This document shows positions 13,038-26,264 of a stretch of DNA of 64,000 nucleotides, piece by piece. Every line of letters begins with the position of its first letter. Within the stretch, counting starts at the first letter, position 1. Where the stretch lies: assembly GCF_009914755.1 (NCBI RefSeq), contig NC_060935.1, one strand, 5' to 3'. Under the pieces are notes generated by a model that saw only the letters and a program-made list of their open reading frames with translations, was not told the DNA's origin and searched no databases. The DNA comes from the human T2T-CHM13v2.0 reference genome, Homo sapiens. Both the position numbers and the translations under genes were made by a program.

Positions 13038-13559
13038 GGGCAGTGGGAAACTAAAACAGTCCAATTCAGACAGGACTACAAATGGTCCAGACCCTTCAGG
13101 AATGAAGGTTTGGGTCACTCCATCAGTTAAAAAAAACATGACCTGCTGAGGTACTTATTGAAGGCAAAGGGAATGCAGAAAGTAGAAGAAGGTAGTCATT
13201 AATACCAGCTACAAACATGTGATCAGTTGCAGAAAAAAGGACTGTAATTGTCATAACTATTTCCTTCTTATTTTGTTATGAATATGTTTGTGCATGTATA
13301 CACTTGTACTAAGAAAATATCTTCATTTGATTTCCTTTTTCCTTTATCATGTGACATAAGATTTACTGACTTCATATCAGCATTTAAGTGTTGTTAACTT
13401 TATGTAATAGCATTTGGGTTGGGAATTTGTGCATTTCCAGTTATGCAAAGGATAGTTGTATTATGTTAGGGATAATTATGATCTTATTATTATCTTTATT
13501 TGAAGATTATGTATGATTTCAGAAGATGTGTATGGGTTCAAGTGAACAAGGAGTGAACT

Positions 13560-14160
13560 TGTGATTGTTAATACTGGGTGTCAATTTAATTGGATTGAAG
13601 GATGCAAAGTATTATTGCTGGGTGTGTCTCTGAGGGTGTTGCTGAAGGAGATTAACATTTGAGTCAGTGGACTGGGTAAGGTAGACCCACCATCAATCTG
13701 GGTGGGCACTTGTGATTGTTAATACTGGGTGTCAATTTAATTGGATTGAAGGATGCAAAGTATTGTTGCCGGATGTGTCTCTGAGGGTGTTGCTGAAGGA
13801 GATTAACATTTGAGTCAGTGGACTGGGTAAGGCAGACCCACCATCAATCTGGGTGGGCACAATTTAATCAGCTGCTAGTGTGGCCAGAATGAAAGCAGGC
13901 AGAAGAACGTGAAAACACTAGACTGGTTTCGCCTCTGAGCCTACATCTTTTTCCCATGCTGGATGCTTCCTGTCCTCGAACATCAAACACCAAGTTTTTC
14001 AGCTTTGGGAGTTGGACTGGCTTCCTTGCTCCTCAGCTCGCAGATGGCCTATTGTGGAACCTCACCTTGTGATCATGAGTTAATACTCCTTAATAAACTT
14101 CTTTTTATATATACATCTATCCTATTAATTTAGTCCCTCTAGAGAACCCTGACTAATATA
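13560..14160 (+). mobile_element. 3' LTR, MLT2A1-type, with a 151-bp tandem duplication of its 5' part
   Basis: TGTGATTGTTAATACTGGG starts at both 13560 and 13711. AATAAA at 14092-14097. Ends GACTAATATA, followed by the TSD. Confidence 0.93.
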
Positions 14161-14284
14161 TAGATCATAGTAAGTGTCACAGCACATATGTACTGTTATG
14201 GGAGGTGTTGTGAAGGAAGAAAGATTTTTTCCAGATGACACATCTAGAAAGACTTCTTAATGAAAGTTTATTTTTTTTTTGCTG

Positions 14285-14810
14285 CACTCCAGACTTGCAT
14301 ATCCACCTGGCTTCTGATATTTTCTACTTTTATGTCCCATTATGCTCAAAATAGAATCCAGCACATTTTGCCCCAAATTTGTTTCTTTTTTCAAGTACCC
14401 AGCTAACTCAATGACACCATCCATCAAACCCACCAAGCTAATGTCCTGGCAGTCATAATGAATCTCTCTCTCTCTCTCTTTCTCTCTCTCTCACACATGC
14501 CACCATTGCATTTCATCAGTCGTTTAGTCCTGTGCATACTATGTGTTTAATATTTTTGGAGTCACTCCTTTCCATTTGCACACCCAGTATTGTAATAATG
14601 TTCTGATTATTGCTCTTATAGATTCCTGCAATGGTCTTTAATTAGTTTTAGAAGTCTAATCTGCCATTTCTCTGCTTAAAATCCCACAAAAACTGCGTAT
14701 TTCAAGATAAAGTTAAAACTCTTCAGGTCCCTTATAATCTAGCACCTCCTAAAGTACCTGTTGTATAGTAGGCACTCAATATTTTTAAAATAATAATTGA
14801 ATAAATGGAC
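14285..14810 (+). mobile_element. L2 remnant
   Basis: L2-like segments (CTCCAGACTTGCATATCC, CTGCTTAAAATCCC) and a 3' end TAGTAGGCACTCAATA. Confidence 0.55.
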
Positions 14811-15414
14811 TATTGGACAGACTGGATAGATTTTAACCTAGAAATAAGAGGACATTTGGACATGCTGATGGAGTAAATAGAATTCCAACTAGAGAGAATG
14901 TGCTCAGAGGATCTGACCTAGGGGACTAATTGAAAGAACTTAGGGCACTATGTCCAGGGACACTTTCTGTCCTTGATAGCCTATTTCCAATGAGAGCAGG
15001 AAAATAATTTCAAAAATACCATTGCACCCTCTCCAGAGATAAACAAGCAAGGTCAAGATATAATTAGAAACCACTTACAATCATGCAGAAAAATAATGGT
15101 AGTGGCACTGACTTGATTCATTGTTCTTACTTGCTTAAGAAAAAGATGAAAGAGAACAAGAGAAGGATGATGAAGAACAGAGTGAGAGAGAGAGAGAGCA
15201 AAGAAAAAGGGTGGGAGGAAAGGAGGAAGGAAATAAAAAAAGAAAATCTTATCTTTTATAAAGTTGCTTTCTGTTTTTCATATTCCAAATACATTAGAAA
15301 AATATAGACTGAAACTGTTCAGCCCAATGCTAAATTTTAATTGAAATTAACTGAAATTTAATTCTCATGAGATATCATCTTAGACAGAAAACTTGTTTAA
15401 AAATATTTTTTTAG

Positions 15415-15617
15415 AGTTGGGTGTGGTGGCTCACACCTATAATCCCAGCAACTTAGGAGGCTGGGAGGCAGGAGGGTCTCTTGAACCATAAAGTTTGAGG
15501 CTGCAGTGGGCAAGATTGTACCACTGCGCTGTATCCAAGGTGACGGAGCAAGATCCTGACTCAACAAAATAAAATAAAATAAAATAAAATAAAATAAAAT
15601 AAAATAAAATAAAATAA
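15415..15617 (+). mobile_element. Alu monomer (FRAM/FAM-like) with a (TAAAA)n tail
   Basis: Single ~150-bp arm containing GAGGCTGCAGTG, followed by about 10 TAAAA units. Confidence 0.8.
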
Positions 15618-15984
15618 ACCCTCTCTCTTATACTATGAGTAAAATAGTAAAATATACCTTTAAAATAATTTTATATCTTGAATTCATATACCTGTATATA
15701 TAATCTCATGAAATTAAAAAAAAAAAAAAAACCAGGCTAGTATTCTGTTCACCGAATCTGTGTATGTCGCCAAAAGTTCTAAAATGAAGGTTGAAGAGTT
15801 AGATGTAATTCTTCAAACTAGCCAATTTTATACTTTACTATTTGAAGTCAGGAAAAGGGATGATCCAGGGTAATGCTAGGTCCTTCTGCTACCAAACTTA
15901 GACCTTGATCTAGAAAAGCCACTCTTAACCATTTTGTATATTGAGACTATGCAAAATATTTTATCTTTAAAACAATTTCAATGA

Positions 15985-16281
<297 letters not shown>

Positions 16282-17202
16282 TCCAATGCAAATAACAAAC
16301 AAGAGTTTTAAAAATATGGCTAAGTTTTCCCTTTTGCTTATTCCTCTTTTCTCAAACTTTTGAGGTAGGGGAAGGAATATTCCAGAAGTATAATACTAAA
16401 CCTATTTTTAAATATATGTTACTCATAGAACTATTAACAATTTTTGTGAAATAATTAATTGGTCTCCAAAAAAATGGTAAATTATCTCTACTTATTAGAG
16501 ATAGTTACTGTCTCTAAATAAGATATTAAGTAAATAATATGTACTTATTATTTCTAACTCTTGAATTTCCATTACTCCCACAGTAGAGAAGACTCTGGAG
16601 GCTCTCACTTATCCTATAGATACTCTGATAACCTTTCAAATTACTTTCCTGGTGGTGACCAGAAAATTAAGCTTTCCTCAAGAGGCCACTTTTCTCCCCA
16701 TATTTATGCGCATTACAATTGCAAAGATGTCTTTTCCACCAGGGACATTTATTTACTGACTTATTTAATGCAATGTGTCAGCAAAAAACAAAAAGAGTTC
16801 ACATATTTTGTGGTTACATCTTGGCTATAGTAATGTTGTGTTTGTTGTAATTGATGTTGTTGTTTTGGTTTGTTTTCTTAACCTTTATCATTTTTATTCT
16901 GGTCAAAATAATACATTTTCTCATTTATACAATCAAATTGTCCTGAGAGGCTCATAATGAAAAGCAGCAGTTCAAGTGATAGACCTCCAACTCCCTCACC
17001 AGTGAAAATTGCACTCAATTGCTCAGGCTCTTCTGATATTTATCTTCCCTTTTCTCAATAATCTACTGATTTCTTGATTTTTGTCAATTTAGAAATTATT
17101 AGCAACCCCCTGTGTAAATATGAGGATTTAATTATGTTATACACTGCACATCTAGTATAGTTAGATGACTGTTTTTAGAAATGTCAATGTTTATATGAAG
17201 AT

Positions 17203-17330
17203 GATATATATATAAATTATTATATATATTGTGTATATAAATCATTATATATTATATATAAATTATTATATATTATATATAAACTATATCTAATATATAA
17301 ATTATTATTCACAGAAATGAAAAGTAATGC
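17203..17330. repeat. AT-rich low-complexity (TA-based) tract
   Basis: Repeated TATATAAATTATTATATA-like units. Confidence 0.85.
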
Positions 17331-17559
17331 TAAATATCTATATAAATAACTTTAATTTTTTCCTACACTCCATCAGATACCATTTACCTCTCCTCTGACT
17401 CCATTTTTCAACCAAATACTACATTATATTAGATCTTTCATTGTGTTTCTTTTCCATCATGGAAACCTTTTCCCAGATCATACCCAACTGGTCCCTGGGC
17501 CTTCTGTGAGCTGCCTTCCAAAGACTTCTCCTTAACTTCCTCCTGAGATGGATAACTTG

Positions 17560-18060
17560 TTTCTCAGACACCATAATTTCTCTTTCTTTATTCTCTAGTT
17601 TACTTGCTAGTTTCCTGAAGCATTTATTTAAAAAGTGAATGAAAATGAAAGTTTTTGTGATCTGACATGAATATGATTTCATTCTATAATTACACTTGAC
17701 TGATTTTTTCGAGTATGAAATCCTAGGTTGAAGATAATTTTCCATCAGAATTTCTGTTTTCTTTGTCTTCTATTCTCTATTTCCAGATGTCACATTAATA
17801 AGATACTGAACTTTCTAGGTAGATCTTCTGGGTCTACCTGTCTTTGCCTCATCTTTTCTCCAACACTACACTTTGGGTCTATATTGTAAATGATTTATTT
17901 GCCCTCATCTTTCAATTCTTCCATTGATTTTCTATTGTACTCTTCATTTCCAAGAGCTATTTATTTTTAATTTGCAGGTGCTTTTCTGTTTTTTTTTTTT
18001 TAACTTATGCAACATTTTCTTCTATCTCTCCTAGTATATCTATTATAGCTAGGTTTTTAT
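17560..18060 (-). mobile_element. Ancient L1 (L1ME-like) ORF1-region fragment
   Basis: GAAATCCTAGGTTGAAGATAATTTTCC gives ENYLQPRISY on the minus strand, similar to an ORF1p motif. Confidence 0.55.
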
Positions 18061-18101
18061 TTGTGAACTTAAGGGTGCCCTGGGAAGAAGCAGACAATTT
18101 T

Positions 18102-18417
18102 ATTCTTATTTTACTGTTTTATTTTATTTATTTATTTTGAAATGGAGTCTCTCTCTGTGGCCCAGGCTGCAGTGCAGTGACACAATCTCTGCTCTGCCTC
18201 TGAGGTTCAAGTGATTCTCATGCCTCAACATTATGAGTAGCTGGGATTACAGGTGTGTGCCACTATGTCTGACTAATTTTTTTTTTTTCATCTTCTTAGT
18301 AGAGATGGGGTTTCACCATATTGGCCAGGCTGTTTTCAAACTCCTGACTTCAAGTGATCCTCCTACCTCAGCCTTCCAAAGTGCTGGAATTACAGGCGTG
18401 AGCCACCGTGCCCAGCC
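18102..18417 (-). mobile_element. AluS
   Basis: Antisense dimeric Alu; TSD AGCAGACAATTTT (18089-18101) / AGCAGACCATTTT (18420-18432). Confidence 0.95.
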
Positions 18418-18876
18418 CCAGCAGACCATTTTCTAAGGAAATGGCTGTATATGATGATATTTTCCCCAGCACTGTTTACTTTCTCTAGAGAAGTAAATCC
18501 TAGTTTTGCCTGAGGATTTATATTTACTACCAATGTGTTCTGTCCACAAACTGGGGAAGACAGACATTTAAAATTACTTCCTGGCCCAGCTCCCAAACTC
18601 CTGCTTGGTAAGGGTAAAAAAAGAGCCCTGGCTGCTGGTGACAGGGCCACATCACTGCTCAGGGTTGTGCCTTTTGCCCAGTGCCCATGTTGTTTCCATC
18701 CAGTACCTCATCTTCACCCTTCACCATGTTCTCCTCTTGTTTGTATATTTCACTAGGCACAGTTTAAGCCCTAGCTTAATCTTGCTGTCTTCAACTTTTT
18801 TGTGTTGCAACTTCCACAAATTGATGGATATCTCTAATTTATCCCTATTTTCTATCTTCTCTTTGTTCTCGAAAAT

Positions 18877-18893
18877 ACACACACATACACATG

Positions 18894-18930
<37 letters not shown>
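18877..18930. repeat. Compound (CA)n(GA)n microsatellite
   Basis: Directly visible. Confidence 0.95.
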
Positions 18931-18931
<1 letters not shown>

Positions 18932-19916
18932 ATCATTTTAGTTTTCCCTTAGGAAAAGATGAGATCAATGTATATGATCTTCTTACAATCAGAAATTTCT
19001 TTGCTGTGTTTCAAGTTTATGAAAAGTATTTCTTTTAATTCTTGTTAAACTACTGTATCTCTCTAACCCAATTACATACTTGTTCCAACTCAATAAAATA
19101 CCAGAGAAAAATTTTTCTAAGAGACATTTAACATTTTTCCTATTGATAACCAAATTTATTTTCATTGCCTATTTTTAGTTATTGAACTCTGTTTCATTAT
19201 AATATTAAAACTTTAAACATGTCCCTTTCAATACACATGGCAATACAATGCCTTAAATGGAGAAAGGATTATAGTAATTTATAATGATCAACCAGGTATC
19301 ATCTGTTATAGTGAGTATTTCTAAAACAACATCAATTAGGGGCTTGATGACCCCCACTTTACAGGAGGCTTTCTTTGAACACAAAAATTTTTCCTAAATT
19401 ACTAAAACTTATAGTCTGGAGTGTGCAATGAAATTATAACACAGTAGTTTGATATTAGCATTTATTGTTGTGTTTGAAATGTACACGCATGATAGGTTTT
19501 AAACTGCTATTTGTACTCGGATAGCTGAGGCTCTGTATGAACTCAGCTGTCCTCACTAATAGAGAGCACCTAGGAGCCATCTCTCAGGGACAGTCTGAGG
19601 CAAGAGATTACACATTTAGGCAATGTGGCTTATATTATTTCTGCCAAAGCCTCCTAGGAAATGTTGTTCCTTGCCTGAATACACAAGGAAGTACATACTC
19701 TTCAGGAACTGGCAAGCTACCAGAACAAATTCATCCCCCTTTTGTCTGTTGTCAGTGTACACCTCATCCTTCCTGGCATGTTGAAAAACAGTAGGGCTTT
19801 ACTCTCCCCTCTGGCTAGGGTTCATTCGGGTTCATTCTCTTGTTTCCCCCACTCCGTTTATTAAGAATAGCATATATCACTAAAACATACTTTAGTTTTA
19901 CTCATTGCATCAGTGA

Positions 19917-20533
19917 GTGTCCAGTTAAGAAAAATGGAGACCAACCCAGCTATTTTAATGATAACGAAAGTCGTAATACAGAGAATTGTTTAAATAAGTA
20001 TTGAAGGATTGAAAGGGAGAGAACATAAAGCTAACACAGAAATAGTAACTATGGAAACTGCTACTATCTTTAAGACTGTTGAAATGATGAAGGTTACTGT
20101 AATTTAGAAGCTTGAAGCCTTTATTGAGCTGGGTCTCAGATCCCTGAGAAGGGACCACATCACTGCTACTTTTGATACTCAGGAGTTCTGAGGAGCACTC
20201 CTTTCCCCAAGCTGGGACTCAGTCTCCTGAGGAGGACCTGAGGCCTGGCTGCTGAGCTGAAGATTAAAACTAACTGCTGCTACTGAATCCAATAGCTGCA
20301 GCCAGGGTGGAAAACAATAGTTGGAGTAATGGAAACAGGAATAGGAATCAAACAAAAAAGAAGTCTCTTCTCTCTCTCCTTTCTTCCAATCTCCTTTTGA
20401 TGTTCCCTCCAGTGAAGCCCAATAGAGAGCAACCTGACCAAGAAGAAAAGTAGTCTGCAGACTCCCAGTATCACAAAGCAAAGTATGGAAGGGTGAGCTT
20501 AGAGCAGACAGGCAAGAGCTTAATAACCATCAA
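19917..20533 (-). mobile_element. Old ERVL-class solo LTR (LTR33/LTR41-like)
   Basis: The reverse complement begins TGATGGTTATTAAG...CTCACCCTTCCATACTTTGCTTTGTGATACTGG, similar to LTR33/41 5' ends. The left boundary is uncertain. Confidence 0.5.
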
Positions 20534-21519
20534 ATCTACAACCGTGTAAAAACTCCTCTTTCAGGACAAAGGGAACTGACTTCTAGTATAACTACTAGAA
20601 GTAGTTACCTACGCAATAAGTCCTTAAAAAGACTAATGCATAATTTCAGTCTTATACTAAACTTTACAAACACTATACTCATGCCCTCCAAATTTGGGCA
20701 ATTCAAGACATTTTCTTTGCCTTACTAATTTAAAAAATCCAGGGTAATGCTAGAAATGATTTCAATGGCTCCATTATCAGACTGATGAATTACTGAACAA
20801 TGATTATGGTCTCCCACTCTCATTCTCAGGTGAGCAGAGCCACGGTCCTAGTTCTTTGTGTTCTACTCAATTCCTACAGATGGTTGCTACCTTACTTACC
20901 CTCTGGACTGAGTTTTCTTCAGCATACTAAGTATACACAAAGTATTACTTGCATTACTTGAGATCTTTAAAGAGAAATTTTTTTAGGTTCTTTCAAAGAG
21001 TTCAAAGCAAAAGTAATCTATTTTGTGCTTCCTTTGGCTCAAGTCTTCTCAAGAAGGACTTTTGCCTTCCATTTGTTTACCAATTTCTACTTTTATTCTT
21101 CTGCCTTTCTAACATGATGCAAATTTTCTTCAAGATACTGATGTAGTCAGGTTAAAACTACATTTTCAGCCTTTTCTTTTCAATGAAGAATCGTTATGTG
21201 TCATCATTTGAAGGCAGATATCTGATTTCCTGTGCTAGTCCAGGAAATATTTTCTTACTTTCCTCTTTTTTTTAGGTTCCTGCCTGGAACACAAATGGAA
21301 GGCTGGAGCTAGAGCTTCCATCTTATAATGGTGAGATGAGCAGGAGAGAGAAACTGGTATTGAAAAAAAAAATTAAAGAGTAAGAAGATGGAAAAAACAT
21401 GTCTGCCCTGGACAACCAACATTTGTTGCCGTGTGATAAAAATAAGCTTCCATACTTCTTTGATAGGAAACTTGAACCTTCATAATTGATACACCATCAA
21501 AAATATTGCATCAATATTA

Positions 21520-21690
21520 TTCTAATTCAACCATTTATAGTGGAACTTCTACTGTGTGTAAAGTACTACCCTTAGCAATATAGATATTACAAGATGAAAA
21601 ATAACTACAAGAGTTTACTGACCTTAGGGACCATATAATATACTGGAGAAAGCAAACATATAAAAATACAATTACGATAAAATGTTTATT
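21520..21690 (-). mobile_element. L2 3'-end fragment
   Basis: ATTCAACCATTTAT...CTACTGTGTG pattern of antisense L2 ends. Confidence 0.5.
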
Positions 21691-21919
21691 ACCAAAACAC
21701 ACGTATCGTTTTTGTAGTTTTGGCCCCTTGAGGTCCTGAATGGTTACAGTCTATGCTAGGTCCCAAATTCCCTGGAGGGTTTGATGGTGGCATAATGCCT
21801 GCCACACCTGGGGAAAGGTAGGCATTTATCTACTGGCCAATCCCAATCCAGAAACATTTAAACAAAGGACTTAAAAAAATCATTCCAAGCTAGCTAAGCT
21901 TATATGGCATAAAACCATG

Positions 21920-22005
21920 ATGCCCAGTTAATAAGTAATGGAGCTGGGATTCAGACCCGGTCAGTCTGTTTCCAACTCTGTACTTCCAAATATACTACTA
22001 CATTA
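21920..22005 (-). mobile_element. MIR fragment
   Basis: AGTAATGGAGCTGGGATTCAGACCCGGTCAGTCTG. Confidence 0.6.
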
Positions 22006-24172
22006 TTACTCACATGGCTATTGCAAGGGAAGACCCTTGCCTGGTTATGATGTCATATTTTTCTTGTGAGTTCTCAGTATCTTATGTTCATCTGCCCATA
22101 AACAGAGCAACATTTACAAATAAAAGAGGATTTATTCTGCTTTTGCTCCAAGAATATAGCTTAAGATTTTTTCTCCATGTCCAACATGAACAGATCAAAT
22201 GAATAGCAAATATACAAAAACTCCAACATATTGATGGGGGAAAGGTGAAGGTAGTATGTTTTAAGATAAAAGACAGTGCGGGTTATAGCTCTGATAAATA
22301 GATAATGAAATACAGGATTACAGAGAGCTGATACAAGGCTAGAGAATAAAAACTAGAGAATAAAATATTAACCAAACCAGATGTAACTTCAAACACCAAC
22401 TACTTAATCATAAATTCCAGTGTAGTCCCATATCTGGTTGAGGGCTCCTGCAACACAAATGGAAATTAAATGCTTGCTATAATCGAGATATAAGCTGTGG
22501 GGCATGGAAGAGAAAGTAACTTATCCTGAATGAGAGGTCAGCTTCAAGAAGCAAAACGCATTCGAGTCTAGCCTTTGAGCACAGGTAAGATTTAAACAGA
22601 GAAGATACGTGTATTGAGGCAGTCAAAAGATAAACTGGCCTTGAAGCATTCAGCAAAATATTTATACTTTCAATGTTCCATGCACTGTGCTAAAAATGAG
22701 ATTAGTAGTACAGAAAAGAAAAGACAGGTTCACGCAACAGATGATACTTGTATGGGTTTGTAATGTAGGGTGGCAAGCATGAAATAGAAGCAGATGAGTT
22801 TGGAAACATAAAGTGACATCAGATTATGGTTAATGGATTTTCTAGTCAATGCAAACATTTTCTCTTTCGTGGGTTGAATTCAAAAAATAAAATGTGTAAA
22901 GATTTTTGAAAGTTCACAATAAGCCAAGTAACACTGTATAACAGAAGAAAACTGCCACTGCCAAACCCTTTTCTTTCTTTAGAAATGCACTTGTATGCAG
23001 CAATGCATCTATAATATGAACCATTCCTATTTCCATTGAAATAAGGAGAGAAGCACCACCTTTTATGAAATTTATAGTTTAAAATTCGATAAATACAATG
23101 ATCACAATATTACATGTTCTCTCTTAGCCAAAAAGCAAAGCCAAAGTTTTGTCTGCAAGATTGGCTTATATTTTATTTATTGGAAAACACATTGACTTCT
23201 CCCATTCCCAAACTTCTATGGTATTAAATACTATTCAGCTCATTGCTCAATCTTTCTGGAGTCTTCTCTGTTTTCTTTTTCTATGCATTTCACTTACTTA
23301 TGGAATTTAACTTTCATAAAATTATAGTAAACGGTTCCCGTTGACTGCATTCTGAACATGCACAGCTACATTTTAGGGGTCTGTATGTCATGGTTCATAC
23401 GGTCTATAGTTTATTGTTGTTCTTTGATTCCAGTACTAATTATGTTTTGTAAGTCCTGACTGAGGGTGGCTTGCAGAAGCAAATGACCAATAATGTGTGA
23501 TAAAAGCACTGGGGAGAAACACTGAGCAATTTCAATTGAGGGCTTGACTTGGCTGGTCCCATTCTTACAGAGAGAACAGCAGAATTTGAGAAACACTGGC
23601 TACTATGTTTACTTTACTTCCATTTTTAACCCTCCTGGACCAAAGTTATAGAGGAGAAATATTCGAAGAGAGTGTAGGGGTAAAGAAGTGAAATAAGTTA
23701 GAAATTGTTTATGGTTCTCACATGTACCCTAAAAAATATGCTTCTATAAGCTAGCAGAGATGTCATATCAGTGAAGTCTCATCTATAGAGTTATTCTTTT
23801 TGAATTAAGACAATATGCAAAGTATAAAAATGTATTATACAATAAGGTAACACTTGCACTTATTATATTAGAATATATTCTTTTATTCAACTTAGAGAAT
23901 GGGGACTTAAGGAGAGGACAAATATCAGACAGAAGTTTGGGGCAGGGGTGATGGAAGGAAGGGATATATGTCCAGAGCATGAGAAGGGGCCAGAGTTGAG
24001 ATTCAGGGTTAATAGGACTGTGGGAATTTTGGAAAGTCAGCGAGGTCAGAGTAATAAATGTGGACCTAATGTTTCCCTATTTGTTCTTTAGTCTAATGAT
24101 GTAATAGTAAGAGACATGTTTCTGGAGTCAAATTTGGATTGGTATGTAGTCTCTGGAAGGGACTTACTAGCT

Positions 24173-24720
24173 GTGTGACAATGGAGAACTGACACCATGA
24201 TTTCTACTTCCTGGGATCCATGCATATATAATCCCCTCTCTTTTAATGTGGGAGGGGACAATGGCTTGCTTCTAATCAAGGTAATATAATAAAGGTGATG
24301 GGATGTACTTCCATGAGAGCATTACTAAGATTGTATCCCATCTTGCTAGGAGAATACCTCTCCCTTCCAGGATTTGAAGAAGCAAGTGGTCTTGTTAGAA
24401 AGGCCCACATGGCGAGGAAGTGAGGGTGACTGCTGTCCAACAGCAAGAAAATGAGATCCTCGGCTCACCTAGCCATGAAGGGCTGAATGCTGACATCAGC
24501 CACATAAGCTTGGAAGTGGATTATCCCAGAGTTGAGTCTCTGATGAGACTGCAGCACCAGCCAACACCTTTATTTCAGCCTAGTGAGGCCCTGAAGGAGG
24601 GGATTCACTAAGCTATGCCCTGACTTTTGAGTCACAGAAGTTGTGAGTTAATAAATGTGTGTTGTTTTCAGCTGTTAAGCATGTGGTTAATATTGTTATA
24701 TGCAGCAATAGAAAAACAGT
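24173..24720 (+). mobile_element. MLT1 (MLT1F-like) solo LTR inserted into a MIR
   Basis: GCTTGCTTCTAA...GGCCCACATGGCGAGGAA...AATAAATGTGTGTTGTTTT...GCAGCAATAG. MIR sequence lies on both sides (24100-24172 and 24721-24780). Confidence 0.8.
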
Positions 24721-26264
24721 GATCTTGTGGTATGTTACTTAACATCTCTAAGCCAAAGGATTTTTTCATCTCCTTATAATGTTCCTCAGTGTAGGCTATT
24801 TGCATATCATCAAAGTGAGGTCCATTTAAAAAAATCTACACATTACTAACACCATGAGGTTCAAGATTGCAGCTCTCTGACTCAAGTTCACGAAGAATAA
24901 AGTACACTGGATTCAGAGTACCATTTTTTCAAGTGTTTCTCAGAATACTAATTTTACCGGATATTTATACTTGTTACAAGAAAAGTGTGTCTAGTGAAAA
25001 GTAAGTTTTAAAAAAGCAGGCTAGCTACAGTTAATTGGATTCCTTTATTTCAGCTTTTCAGATTCTCTAGTGTGCATTGAGAATATCTGAAAGGGGATGG
25101 AAACTAAGAACTTGACCAAAAATAGTCTGAGAAAGTACTCAATGAAAAGACATTGATTTCCTAAGGAAACCATTTGGCATCTGTTTCAACAGAAAGATAA
25201 ATGGGTGACCTAGGTCCCCAAAGCTTACTATATAGAACACATCTACAGAAATTTCAGAATTTGTGTAATGCAAAAAAATTTCTCTACATTAATGTCGACC
25301 ATCCTTAACTGCTCCCAAGGCTGAGCACACTAACAAAGCTATAATACCAACCTGATGCTACCAAGGAAAGCGGTCCCAGGATACAATTTCAAAGCCACAA
25401 TTTTAGTTGCACATAGCTGACGTAGCACTTAATGTAAAAGGTGGAGCCTTGAATGTCACCTCTCACATCCCAGGACTAGCCACTCCATTCTTCTAAAACT
25501 GCCTGGGACATCTAACAATGGTGGGCAGAAAATCTGATGGCTGCATTTCATAAATGATAGTTGCATAATCCAGCAGAGTCCTGTAGTATCTGGGAGGTCA
25601 TGTGAAATCATCTGAATGAGAAGGTACATTTTCAGGTAGACTTAAGAGGATCAACCCCCAGTGATTACCATTGGTAATCAAACTTGGCCCTCTTTTAACC
25701 TTGCCTCTTCTAAGCTGATTAACTTTGCCCTGAGGATAAAAGCATCTCTGAGTAACTTTCCCTGTCAAGTTTACTCCATAAACACAAAATAATTTGAATA
25801 ACCCAGATTTAAAATGTATCCAACAAAAGCATATATATTATTTCTCCTTATAAGCATATACATTACTTTTTCTCATTGTAATCTCATTATTCACAATTAA
25901 AAAGCATAAAGAAGAAGTGGTAAAATTACTTTGTAATCCCACAAGGTAGAGATATTTTTATAGATTAGATCAATGTTTAATGATATAAGCTTTTTCCTAA
26001 GTCATTAAATATCACTTAAAGGATAAATTTTTACGTGTGCATAGTATTCCATTAGGAATAAATCTGAGGATTATATTTGGTATTTAGAATTTAGTTAACC
26101 ATCCTCCTACTGCATACAACTTAGACTATGTCTGATTATTATATTGCTATAAATAACCCTATCAATGTTGTCTTTCTCCTGAAAATTTGTCTGTACCTTT
26201 TATTATTTATTTTGGATAGTTTCCCATGAGTGGATTTTCAAGGAAAAGGACTTAAGTTTTATAA

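Larger units (their letters stand above)
7479..14160 (+). mobile_element. Full-length HERV-L provirus (LTR-gag-pro-pol-dUTPase-LTR, no env), coding-defective
   Basis: Two related LTRs, an identical 5-bp TSD TAGAT (7474-7478 and 14161-14165), a PBS, a PPT-like tract (~13548-13559) and retroviral enzyme motifs in the expected order. Confidence 0.97.

Noticed and set aside
13038-13559. Possible env gene before the 3' LTR
   Set aside because: Only ~0.5 kb with no ORF; ERV-L lacks env.
22338-22365. 14-bp tandem repeat CTAGAGAATAAAAA
   Set aside because: An ordinary slippage duplication with no supporting context.
24920-25180. Possible ancient hAT/MER DNA transposon
   Set aside because: Too diverged to assign termini or family by eye.
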